64,000 bases of DNA from Anaeramoeba ignava BMAN. Lineage: Eukaryota; Protista; Anaeramoebae. Numbering within the stretch: position 1 is the first letter of the stretch; every line of letters begins with the position of its first letter. The stretch is taken from the NCBI GenBank assembly GCA_028826165.1, contig JAPDFW010000114.1:868001-932000 (forward strand), written 5' to 3'. This document shows positions 26,625-38,457 of this stretch, piece by piece. The notes beneath the pieces were generated by a model. The model was not told the DNA's origin. It saw only the letters and a list, made by a program, of their open reading frames with translations, and ran no database searches. A program made the position numbers and the translations under genes.

Positions 26625-28358
26625 ATGAATTTAACTCCAATTTTTAAAGAATTTGTTAATGGAATTAAAACTATTGAAAAACAAGAAGAAGGATTTGAAA
26701 AAATTCATAAATTAGCAGAAAATTTATTAATAAAACAAGATGAATTAAGTACTTTACAACAAACAATTATTCAAGAAAAAGCAATTTCAAAAGAAAATTT
26801 AGAAATTCTTTTTAAAAAATCAAAAGAAATTAAAAGAATTTTTTCAAAAATTAATCGTTTAGAATTATTTGTTAATGATGTAAAAAATACTTTAAATCTT
26901 TTAAAATCTCAAGTTGAACAAGAAACTTCTAAATCTTCATTTTTTTCAAGACTTAAAAAATCAAGAAAAAAAAATGATGATTCAAAAGAAAAACAGAATC
27001 AAGAATTAAAAGAAAAAATTGATTTAAATATAATTGAAAAAATGGAAAAATATGGATTAAAACCGAAAAATAAACCAAAAGAACAAAATTTAAAAGAAGA
27101 AGAAAAACAAAATTTAAAAGAAAATGAAAAACAAAAACAAAAACAAAATTTAAAAGAAAAATCAAAATCGAATAAACACAAAAAAGATAAAACAAAAGAT
27201 AATTTAAAGGAAGATAAACAAAAACAAAATGAAAAACCAAAACAAAAACAAAAACAAAATGAAAAACCAAAACAAAATGAAAAACAAAATGAAAAACAAA
27301 AACAAAATGAAGAACAAAAACAAAATGAAGAACAAAAACAAAAACAAAATTTAAAAGAAGATGAAAAACAAATTGATAATGAAAAACAAAATGAAAAACA
27401 AAATGAAAAACAAAATGAAAAACCAAAACAAAAACAAAATGAAGAACAAAAACAAAATGAAGAACAAAATGAAAAACAAATTGAAAAACCAAAACAAAAA
27501 CAAAATGAAAAACAAAATGAAAAACAAAAACAAAAACAAGAACAAATTGATGATGAAAATGAAAAACAAAATGAAGAACAAAAACAAAATGAAAAACAAA
27601 ATGAAAAACAAGATGAAAAACAAAATGAAGAACAAAAACAAAATGAAAAACAAAATGAAGAACAAAAACAAAATGAAAAACAAAAACAAAATGAAGAACA
27701 AAAACAAAAACAAGAACAAAAACAAAATGAAAAACAAAAACAAAAACAAAATGAAGAACAAAAACAAAATGAAGAACAAAATGAAAAACAAATTGATAAT
27801 GAAAAACAAAAACAAAAACAAAATGAAAAACAAAATGAAAAACAAAAACAAAATGAAGAACAAAAACAAAAACAAGAACAAAAACAAAATGAAAAACAAA
27901 ATGAAAAAGAAATTGAAAAACCAAAACAAAAACAAAATGAAAAACAAAATGAAAAACAAAAACAAAATGAAGAACAAAAACAAATTGAAAAACAAAAACA
28001 AAATGAAAAAGAAGATGAAAAACAAAATGAAGAACAAAAACAAAATGAAAAACAAAAACAAAATGAAAAACAAAAACAAGAACAAAAACAAAATGAAAAA
28101 CAAAAACAAAATGAAAAACAAAATGAAAAACAAAATGAAAAACCAAAACAAAATGAAAAACAAAATGAAAAACAAGAACAAAATGAAGAACAAAAACAAA
28201 TTGAAAAACAAAAACAAAATGAAAAACAAGAACAAAAACAAAATGAAGAACAAGAACAAGAACAAAAACAAAAACAAAATGAAAAACAAAATGAAAAACA
28301 AAAACAAGAACAAAAAGAAAAACAAATTGATGATGAAAATGAAAATCAAGAAAAATGA
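26625..28358 (+). CDS. BLOC-1 subunit 4 (cappuccino)-like coiled coil with long Q/K/E/N low-complexity tail
   Basis: IKRIFSKINRLELFVNDVKNTLNLLKSQV resembles the cappuccino core motif as recalled; about 400 aa of QNEKQK repeats follow. Confidence 0.6.
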   Translation: MNLTPIFKEFVNGIKTIEKQEEGFEKIHKLAENLLIKQDELSTLQQTIIQEKAISKENLEILFKKSKEIKRIFSKINRLELFVNDVKNTLNLLKSQVEQETSKSSFFSRLKKSRKKNDDSKEKQNQELKEKIDLNIIEKMEKYGLKPKNKPKEQNLKEEEKQNLKENEKQKQKQNLKEKSKSNKHKKDKTKDNLKEDKQKQNEKPKQKQKQNEKPKQNEKQNEKQKQNEEQKQNEEQKQKQNLKEDEKQIDNEKQNEKQNEKQNEKPKQKQNEEQKQNEEQNEKQIEKPKQKQNEKQNEKQKQKQEQIDDENEKQNEEQKQNEKQNEKQDEKQNEEQKQNEKQNEEQKQNEKQKQNEEQKQKQEQKQNEKQKQKQNEEQKQNEEQNEKQIDNEKQKQKQNEKQNEKQKQNEEQKQKQEQKQNEKQNEKEIEKPKQKQNEKQNEKQKQNEEQKQIEKQKQNEKEDEKQNEEQKQNEKQKQNEKQKQEQKQNEKQKQNEKQNEKQNEKPKQNEKQNEKQEQNEEQKQIEKQKQNEKQEQKQNEEQEQEQKQKQNEKQNEKQKQEQKEKQIDDENENQEK

Positions 28359-28482
28359 ATTAAAAATCTTTCTTTTTTTTTAATTAAAAGAAAATGGAAG
28401 AAATCAAAATTAAAAAATTAAAGAATTAAAGAATTAAAGAATTAAAAAAAAGAAAAAACTTTCAAATTAATTTTGTTTGAAA

Positions 28483-31400
28483 TTAATTTTTTTTGGATTG
28501 TTTAATTTCTTCAATTTCTTTTGCTAATTGTTCATTTAAAGAACAAGCTTTTTGGAATTCATGAATTTTAGCAACATATTTTCTTTGTTTTTTAGATAAT
28601 TCTTGAAATTGTTTTGAAAGTAAATCAAATTTAGTTTGCTCTTCTTCAAGAACTTTATGAACTTGTTGAGCATTTCTTGAAACTCCATCAATAATTTGTT
28701 CAAAAGATTGAATAAATTGTTGTTTAGTATTTTCTGTTTTCATAGAAGGTTGAAAACCAGCATTAATTTTATTTAAGAAAGCAAGCTAATTTTAATTTTA
28801 ATTTTAATTTTAATTTTAGTTTTTATTTTATTTTTAATTTGAATTTGAATTTGAATTTTAATTTTAAATTTATAAATGAATTTTAAAAATCTACTTCTTT
28901 TTCAAGAATAGCTTTTTCATCTTCAAGTGAATTATATGTATTAAAATGTTTCTTAGTTTCATAAACTTTTGTATTCATTTGTTGATATAATTCAACAAAT
29001 CTTTTTTCATATTGAATTAATTCTGCTCTTGTTGGAACTGATTCAATTTTTCTTTGTAAAATAGCAATATTCTATTTTATTTAAATTAATTTTAAATATT
29101 TTAATTAATTTTTTGGAATTTTATTTAAAAAATTAACTCTAAGTATTTCTCCAAGTGATTGTCTAAGTTGTTGATTTTTTGATAATTCTTGACTATAATT
29201 ATCATTAATAGTTTTTTCTCTTGAATTTGTATCAACTTCTTCAACATTTCCAAATGATTCAATCATTTCCTATTAATTTTTTTTAATTTATTAATTTAAT
29301 AAATTTATTTAATAATCTTATTTATAAATTTACATTAATTCGATCTCTTTCTTTTCTACAATGATTTTTAAATTCTTCTTCTTGTTTTTTCAAATTTTCT
29401 GTAAGAGATAATAATTGTTGTAAAATTCGAATAATTTTAGCAACTTCTTCATTCTTTTATTTTTTTTAAAAAATATTTTAAAATTTATATATATTTTTTT
29501 TCCAATAAAATTCCTAAATAATTTTTTTTAATACTTGTTCAATTTTTTCAAATCTTTGAATTTCAGAAATAATTCTATCTTTATATTGAACTCTTTTTTC
29601 AAATTGTTCTTTCATAGAATCAAGTTTTTCTTGAGCTTCTTCTCGATTTTTTTTTACACTTAAAGCTTTTCTTTAAAATATAAAAAAAATTTATATAAGT
29701 ATAAATTAATTCAAAATTATTTATAAAATATTTAACAAACTCTTTAATCTTTTCAATTTGTTCATTCATTTTAGAAACTTTTCTTTCATGAGCTTCTTGA
29801 AGAAGTTCTTGTTGTTTTTTATCAAATATTCCAAGATTTTCAGTTTCCTATTTTAAATAAATAAATAAGAATTTTTTAATCAATTATCAAAAAGAATTTT
29901 TTTAAAATAAAAACCTTTGTATATTCACTAGAAAGTTGATAAATTTCTTGACTTCTAATTCCAACTATATTTCCAAGAGTTTTTGCAGAAATTTTATTTG
30001 TATCTGATTCAATTTCACTAAGTTTATTCATCATTTCTTGAACTTCTTTTTGTTGTTTTTCATTTTCATTAATAGTTTCTTTTGAAGTTTGCATTGCAAC
30101 TAATTTTTTTGCAAAATCTGAACTTTTTGAATGTTCTTGTTTTGTTTTTTCGTTTTTTGCAATCTTTTTTTTTTTAAATTTTATAATTTTATAAATGAAT
30201 TTTTCATTTTAAAATTGATTTATACTGTTTTAAAATGACTTCCATATTCTAATAAAGTTGATTGAATTCTCATTTCAGGTGAAGGATTTGATTTTAAAAT
30301 TCTTCTAAATTTTCTTTGAGGTTTATATCTTGATTGAGTAGAAGAAAAATGAATTTGAGATTTAGGGAAAGATTGATCAAAATTAGTATCTGAAGGAAGA
30401 GAATAATTATTATGAAATTGATGAATAGAAAATTGTTTAATAATATCTCCAGTTTCTTCTCGAATTTCAAGAACTTGTCTAACAAGCCATTGAATAACTG
30501 GAAAAATTGCTTCTGTATCAAGTCCTGAAATTTGAAATGATTGAAGTGGAAATGGACATCTCATTTGTTTTAATGCTTTTTCAATTTCTTCTCCAAGTTT
30601 AATTTTTTCTCCAATTTTAGCTTCTTGATGAAATACAACCTCTTTTAAAATTAACAAATTTATTTATAATTAAATTAAAATTAAAATTAAAATTCATTTA
30701 TAAAATTAAAATTAAAATTAAAATTAAAATTAAAATTAAAATTAAAATTAAAATTAAAATTAAAATTAAAATTAAAATTAAAATTATAATTAAAATTAAA
30801 ATCAAAATTAAAATTAAAATTATAATTAAAATTAAAATTAAAATTAATATTAAAATTAAAATTAAAATTCAAATTAAAATTAAAATTAAAATTAATATTA
30901 AAATTAAAATTAAAATTAAAATTAAAATTAAAATTAAAAATTAAAATTAAAATTAAAATTAAAATTAAAATTAAAATTAAAATTAATATTAAAATTAAAA
31001 TTAAAATTCGAAATTAAAATTAAAATTAAAATTAAAATTAAAATTAAAAATTAAAATTAAAATTAAAATTAAAATTAAAATTAAAATTAAAATTAAAATT
31101 AAAATTAAAATTAAAATTAAAATTAAAATTAAAATTAAAATTAAAATCAATATTCATTTATGAAATTAAAATTAAAAATTAAAATTAAAAATTAAAATCA
31201 ATTTAAAATTTTATATTAAAAATTAAAATTAAAATTAAAATTAAAATTAAAATTAAAATTAAAATTAAAATTAAAAATTAATATTAAAATTAAAATTCAT
31301 TTATAAAATTAAAATTAAAATTAAAATTAAAATTTAAAAATCAAAAATTAAAATTTAAATTTAAATTAAAATTAAAATTAAAATTAAAATCAAAAATTAA

Positions 31401-31959
31401 TATTAAAATTAAAATTAAAATTAAAATTAAAATTAATATTAAAATTAAAATTAAAATTAAAATTAAAATTAAAATTAAAATTAATATTAAAATTAAAATT
31501 AAAATTAAAATTAAAATTAAAATTAAAATTAAAATTAAAATTAAAATTAAAATCAATATTCATTTATGAAATTAAAATTAAATTTAAAAATAAAATTAAA
31601 ATTAATATTGATATTAGAATTAAAATTAAAATTAGAATTAAAATTAAAATTAAAATTAAAATTAAAATTAAAATTAAAATTAAAATTATAATTATAATTA
31701 TAATTAAAATTGATATTAAAATACTTGAATCAACATCAATATTTGCATAAGTTAAACACCAAGCCATTCCACCAATAATTTTATCTAATTGAGAAAGACC
31801 TTGAATTCTTGCTCTAAAATAACCAGCTGCTAATAACATATCAATAATTTGATTGTATTTAATTTCTGTTTCATCTAATTCATCTTCTTGATTGTTTTCA
31901 TTGTTTTCATTATTTTTATTTTTATTTTTTTTACGATAACTTGAAAGAACAATTGACAT
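28483..31959 (-). CDS. CCDC93: Coiled-coil domain-containing protein 93 (CCC/Commander complex)
   Basis: [79 protein letters not shown]; multi-exon. Confidence 0.93.
30670..31720. repeat. Intronic (TAAAAT)n microsatellite
   Basis: About 1 kb hexamer array in CCDC93 intron 1. Confidence 0.95.
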
Positions 31960-32194
31960 TTAAAATAAAAAAGGAAAAAAGAAGAAAAAAGAAGAAAAAT
32001 GAAAAAAAAAAAGAAAATTAATTAAAGAAATTTTTGTTTATTTTTAATTAAAAATTTTTAAATTTTTCATTTTTTTCCTTTCTTTTTTTTATATCAATTT
32101 AGAAAGTAAAACACAAACAAAAACAAAAACAAAAAATTAAAAAACAAAAAAAAAATTTTTTTTAAATTAAAAATTTTGTTTAGAATAAAAATAA

Positions 32195-32997
32195 ATGAAA
32201 AGATTAACTTATCGTAGAAGACATCCTTATAATACAAAATCTAATCGAGTTAAAGTTGTTAGAACACCAGGAGATAGACATATTTATCATTATGTTAAGA
32301 AAAGAGTAAAGGGAAGAAGATGTGGTGTTACTGGAGTTACTCTTCATGGTGTAAATATAAATATTATAATTAAAATTAAAATTAAAATTAAAATTAAAAC
32401 TAAAATTAAAATAAATATTAAAATTAAAATTAATATTAAAATTAAAATTAAAATTAAAATTCAAATTAAAATTAAAATTGAAATTAAAATTAAAATTAAA
32501 ATTATAATTAAAATTAAAATTAAAATTTAAATTCATTTATAAAATTAAAATTAAAATTAAAATTAAAATTAAAATTAAAATTAAAATTAAAATTAAAATT
32601 AATATTAAAATTTAAATTAATATTAAAATTAAAATTAAAATTATAATTATAATTATAAAAGCTTCCTCATTTAAGAACTCTTGAATCAAGAAGACATCCA
32701 AAAAGAGATAAGAAAGTTTATCGTGCTTATGGTGGTTGTTTATCTGCAAATACTGTTCGTGATAGGTATTGATTTTATTATTATAATTTTATTATTTTAA
32801 ATTAATTAATAAATTTATATTAATTTATTTAAAATTAAAGAATAATTCGTTCATTTTTAAAAGAAGAACAAACTTATATTAAAAAACTTATTACACAAGA
32901 AAAGAAAGAAGAAATGAAACAAATAAAAGAAAAGAAAAAGGTTGCAAAGAAACAAACTAAAAAAACCAAAAAAACCAATAAAAAGAAAGCAGATTAA
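32195..32997 (+). CDS. RPL34: 60S ribosomal protein eL34
   Basis: RLTYRRRHPYNTKSNRVKVVRTPG, CGVTG, RAYGGCLSANTVRDRIIRSFLKEEQ; exons 32195-32350, 32662-32765, 32841-32997. Confidence 0.97.
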
Positions 32998-33183
32998 AAT
33001 TTAAAAGATTAAAATTTAAAAGATTAAAATTTAGAAACAAATTTTCAATTTAAAAACAAATTTTTCACTTTTTTTTTTTCTTTCATTTTTAATTCAAAAA
33101 AAAAATTAATCAAGAAACAGAACCAAATAAAAATCCTTTCATAAATCAATCAAAAAATTTGTTTATTTTATTTAAATTTAAAT

Positions 33184-33643
33184 TTATTTTTCATCATCTT
33201 TTTTTCTTTTTCTTCTTTGAATATTTTCTTGTTGAGCATATTTTTGGAAATTTGGATCAAATAAATAAACAGGAATTCTTGATTGATTTCTTGGAATACT
33301 TGGAACTAAATCTTCAAGTTTTAAAGAAAAATCATTCTTTTCTGTTTGAATTTGTTTTCTTGTTCTTGTTTCAGAAAATGGAATTGCTCTATCAAGTATT
33401 TCATCAAAGAATTTTTGAAGAAGAAAACTTATTAAATTTTGAACTCTTGAGTCTTCACAAATTAATCCATATTTCATTAACCAAAAATTAATAAATTCTT
33501 TCGGAATCTTTTTTAATTTTTTAATTTAATTTTTTTAATTTTATTTTTAATTTTTTATTTTTTAATTTTTAATTTACTTGTGGTGGATTTTTTTCAATAA
33601 ATTCAATAAATTCATCATCTACACTTGATTTTTTATTTTCCAT
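33184..33643 (-). CDS. TAF10: TFIID/SAGA subunit TAF10-like histone-fold protein
   Basis: Spliced NPPQ|IPKEFINFWLMKYGLICEDSRVQNLISFLLQKFFDEI..FSLKLEDL matches the TAF10 pattern. Confidence 0.75.
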
Positions 33644-33937
33644 TATAATTTTTTAAAGAAAAAAAAAATGAAAAAAATGAAAAAAAAAAATCTAAAAAAA
33701 AATATTTTTTTTAATTAAAATTTTCAATTAAACTTTTGCTAAATCAATTTAAAATAAAAAAAATAATTTTTAATTCATTTTTTAAACAAAAAGAGAAATA
33801 AATCTTATTTTAAAAATTATTAGATCTAAATCTAAAATAAAAAAAAGGAGAAAATTCTAAAATTCTCAAAACAAAAAAAACAAAAAAATAAAAACAAAAA
33901 AACAAAAAAATTTTTTTTTTCATTTTTTTTTTACAAA

Positions 33938-34921
33938 ATGGAAACAGAAAAGAAACAAGTAGAAGCAAAAAAAACTCAATTAAATGAAGGAACACAACAA
34001 AATCAAAAAGAAGAAGAATATCAACAAAATCAACAAAATCAAATTCAAACTATAAAAAAAAAGGAAACAAAAAATTCATTAAAACAATTTTTAAAGTTAA
34101 AAGAATGGACAGTCCAAAATTTAAAAGCTTTTTCCAAATTTTCAAATAATCAATGGAAACCATTAGAACTTTATATTTTAAAGCTTTTTTGGAATTTTAA
34201 AGAAAAAAAAATTCCAATAAAAATCCCTAATTTAGATCTTTATGGAAATAAAAGAAACAACAACGAAATCTTCTCACTTGAAATCAAACGAATTATTTTT
34301 CAACCCAAACACAATAATTTCATTTTAAAACCTCGAACCCTTTTAGTTTGTAAACGCAAAACTCCAGTTATTGATTTTGTTTTTTATTCTCAAGATGAGC
34401 ATCTATTTTTCATTCAAATCTCAACTAAAAGATATGCTCATCATAAAACAAAAATTGATGATTTAATTCAATATAAACCTGAATTTAAAGAAAATCATCC
34501 AAAATTTTTGCCTTTTATTTTCCAAAAAAGAACTTCTTCAATTTGGAAATTTTATGCAAAAAAAACTCTTAATTCAAATAATCAACCTTCTAATTTGTCT
34601 TTAACTTCAAAAGAGATTTACAGAATTTCAAATTTAGATCCAACTATTCATTATCTTTATTTTACTTCCTCTAATTTTTTTTATGAAAAACATTCTAAAT
34701 TTGCTGAACATCCTGTTATTTTGGTTAATAGATCTATATTGAGAAATTTAGTTAAAATTTCTTGGACTGAAATTGAAAAAGAATTAACTGGAATTGATAT
34801 TTCTCCTCTTCATAAAAAAAGGAAAAAAGATTCTTTAAATTTAAATGAAAATCAAAATCAAAATCAAAATCAAAATCAAAATCAAAATCAAAATCAAAAT
34901 CAAAATCAATATCAAAATTAA
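33938..34921 (+). CDS. Putative restriction-endonuclease-fold (PD-(D/E/Q)xK, Crinkler/RHS REase-like) protein, paralog 1
   Basis: WKPLE ... TPVIDFVF ... FFIQIS motif order; intronless; clear similarity to the downstream paralog. Confidence 0.55.
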   Translation: METEKKQVEAKKTQLNEGTQQNQKEEEYQQNQQNQIQTIKKKETKNSLKQFLKLKEWTVQNLKAFSKFSNNQWKPLELYILKLFWNFKEKKIPIKIPNLDLYGNKRNNNEIFSLEIKRIIFQPKHNNFILKPRTLLVCKRKTPVIDFVFYSQDEHLFFIQISTKRYAHHKTKIDDLIQYKPEFKENHPKFLPFIFQKRTSSIWKFYAKKTLNSNNQPSNLSLTSKEIYRISNLDPTIHYLYFTSSNFFYEKHSKFAEHPVILVNRSILRNLVKISWTEIEKELTGIDISPLHKKRKKDSLNLNENQNQNQNQNQNQNQNQNQNQYQN

Positions 34922-35634
34922 AATCAAAATCAAAATCAAAATCAAAATCAAAATTAAAATCAAAATCAAAATTAAAATTAAAATTAAAATCAAAATCAAA
35001 ATCAAAATCAAAATCAAAATCAAAATCAAAATCAAAATTAAAATCAAAATCAAAATCAAAATCAAAATCAAAATCAAAATCAAAATCAAAATGAAAATGA
35101 AAATTAAAAAGAAAAAGGAGAACAGAAAATCAACTTTTTTTTTGGTTTGATTTTGTTTTAATCTCAATTTTAATTTTCTTCAAAATCAAAATTAAAATCA
35201 AAAGTTCAAAATTAAAATCAAAATAAAATAAAATCAAAATCAAATTTTAATTTTCATTTTTCCTTTTTCCTTTTTCCTTTTTGAATAATTAATTTAAAAA
35301 TCAAAAAAAAATCAAAACAAATTCACAAGAAAATCAAAATAAAAAATCAAAAAAAAATCAAAATCAAAATCAAAATCAAAATCAAAATCAAAATCAAAAT
35401 TAAAATCAATATCAAAATCAAAATCAAAATTAAAAAAAATCAAAATGAAAAAGAAAAAGAGAGAAAAAATCAACTTTTTGGTTTGATTTTGTTTTAATCT
35501 CAATTTTAATTTTCAGTTCTTTTTAATTTTTAATTTAAATTTACAGTTAAGTTAATAAAAAATAAAATCAAAGAAAAATTTTCATTTTTCCTTTTTTCCT
35601 TTTTTTTCCTTTTTTTTTTGAATAATTAATTTAA

Positions 35635-37015
35635 ATGCCTCCTAAAAAAAAAACTTCAACAAATTCACAAGAAAAAACACCTAAAAAATCTACTAAAAAA
35701 ACTCAAAGAAATAATTCAACAAATTCACAAACAAATTCACAAGAAAAAACACCTAAAAAATCTACTAAAAAATCAAAAAGAAATAATTCAACAAATTCAC
35801 AAACAAATTCACAAACAAATTCACAAACAAATTCACAAGAAAAAACTCCTAAAAAAACACCTAAAAAAACTCAAGAAATAATTCAACAAATTCACAAACA
35901 AATTCACAAACAAATTCACAAACAAATTCACAAGAAAAAACACCTAAAAAATCTACTAAAAATCAAAAAGAAATAATTCAACAAATTCACAAACAAATTC
36001 ACAAGAAAAAACTCCTAAAAAAACATCTAAAAAAACTCAAAGAAATAATTCAACAAATTCACAAACAAATTCACAAACAAATTCACAAGAAAAAACACCT
36101 AAAAAAACACCTAAAAAAACTCAAAGAAATAATTCAACAAATTCACAAACAAATTCACAAACAAATTCACAAGAAAAAACTCCTAAAAATTCAAAGAGAA
36201 ATTCAAAGAGAAATTCAAAAACAAATTCAAAAACAAATTCACAAACAAATTCACAAAAAAAAGATGATGAACAACAAAAAGAAGACAACTCAAATCAAAA
36301 AGAAACAGAAATCAATCAAAAACTAACAAACGATGATTTTGATAAATTTTTCAAACTCAAAATCAAAAAACAAATTGAACATCTAAGAATATTACATTTA
36401 TACGAATCAACTCGATGGAAAGCACTGGAATTTTTTATCGCAAGTTTATTTCTCAACAAAAAAGAAATCTATCTTCCAAATCGAGATGGAACTGGAAAAA
36501 AAATTACTCCATTCAAATTAGGATGTGAAAAATATTTCAAACAAAATTCAAACGAATTCGAAGAACAAAAAAAATTGAGAAAAGGAACTTTTGTAATTTG
36601 TAGAGAAAATTTCCCTGTTATTGATTTTGCTTTCTTTGCTCAAACTAAAAGATTTTTTTTTATTCAAGTTTCTAAAAGTGATTATAAAGATCACAGCACA
36701 AAAATTCAACATTTAAATTCAACCCTAATTTCTAAAGAACAAAATTCTCCAACTGTTCTTCAATATTTTTTTAATAAATCCCAAAAAGTTTCTCAATGGT
36801 ATTATGTTTATATCACAAATTCTTCTTCAAAACAATCTTCTTTTCCAAAAGTTCCTTCTCAATTTACTCTTTCTGGAAATATTCCTATTCAAATCACTCC
36901 TATTTTAGTTCAAGGTCAAGAACTTTATGATTTAGATGTTGAAATGTCAAGAAAAATGAGATTTACTTGTTATGGTTCTTGCAGAAAAGATAAAACAAAT
37001 CAAGATGAAAATTAA
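35635..37015 (+). CDS. Putative REase-fold protein, paralog 2, with TPKK/TNSQ repeat N-terminus (two apparent 1-nt deletions)
   Basis: WKALE ... NFPVIDFAF ... FFIQVS. Frame lost near 35874 and 35960, where repeat copies lack one A relative to sister copies. Confidence 0.55.
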
Positions 37016-37315
37016 ATTAAAATTAAATAAAGAATAATTTAAAATTGTTTTTGTTTTTCTTTTTTATTCGTAAATTGAATTTGAAATTGAAGAAAAAGAG
37101 AAAAAAAAAAAGAACTAAAAGTGGAATTGGAATTGGATTTGAAATTGGATTTGAAATTAGAATTGAAAAAAAAAAGTAGAATTGAAATTGGATTTAGAAT
37201 TGAAATTAGAATTGAAAAAAAAAGTGGAATTGGATTTGGAAATAGAATTGAAATTGGAATTGGAATTGGAAATAGAATTGAAATTGGATTTAGAATTGAA
37301 ATTGGAATTGGATTT

Positions 37316-38375
37316 TTACCAATTTTCTCCTAAAACTTCAAAATATTTTTGTCCAACTCCACAAGCAGGACAAACATTTGGAGCATCTTTTGCCCAATGA
37401 AGATACTAAAAAATAATATATAAAAAATAAATATTTTTTAATTTTAAGATTTATTTTAAAAAAATTTTATAAACTTACACCACAATTAAGACATCTCCAA
37501 ATCACAACTTTTTCTTTTGAAAAAACTTGTTTTTCTTTAATATTCTTAGCAAGATCTATTTAAATTTTAATTTTAATTTAATTTTGATTTAAATTTTTAT
37601 TTTAATTTTGATTTAAATTTTTATTTTAATTTTAATTTAAATTTTGATTTTAATTTTGATTTTAATTTAATTTTATTTTTACCAAGAAAACGTTTTTGAT
37701 GTTGTTTTTCAGCAACAGCAATAGCTTCAAAGATTTTTGCAATATCTTCAAAACCTTCTTCTCTTGCAACCTAAAAAATAAAAATAAATATAAAAATAAT
37801 AAAAATAAATATAATAAAAATAAATATAAAAAGTGGAATAAAAAAGTGGAATAAAAATTTTTTTCTTTTTTTAATAATTCAAACCTTGGCAAATTCAGGA
37901 TACATAATTGTATGTTCATAACCTTCACCTTCAGCACTTGCTAATAAATTATCCACAGTTTTACCAACTTTTCCAAAATCAAATTCAGCATCAGAATGAA
38001 TTTTTGATTTTCCACCTTTCATTAAAGAAAAAAGACGTTTTGCATGTTCTTTTTCTTGATTTGCAGTTTCCTCAAAAATATTTGAGATTTGAACATAACC
38101 TTCTTGAAAAGCTTTTGCAGCAAAATAAGTGTATCTATTTCTTGCTTGAGATTCACCTGCAAAAGCTGTCATTAAATTTATTTGTGTTTTTGATCCTTTC
38201 AACTAATTTATTTTTTTAATTTATTTTTTTTATTTTTTTTAATTTTTTTAATTTTTTGGGGGATCTTTTTTATTTCTCTTTTGAAATTTACTTGATTTTG
38301 AATTTTTTCTGCTAAAGTACGTAATAATGTTTTTGTGTTTTTTGTTTGTTTTGCAATTTGTTTTATTTGAAGCAT
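37316..38375 (-). CDS. rbr: Rubrerythrin with N-terminal organellar targeting presequence
   Basis: NLMTAFAGESQARNRY, EKEHAK, EGYE..MYPEFA, AEKQH, C-terminal WRCLNCG..CPACG. Five exons; exon 1 (38375-38292) encodes MLQIKQIAKQTKNTKTLLRTLAEKIQNQ. Confidence 0.95.
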
Positions 38376-38457
38376 TTTAAAAGGAAAATTTTTGGAATGA
38401 AAAAAATGAAAAAATTAAATTTGATTTTTTTTTTCATTTTTTTTTTCTTTTTAAAAA

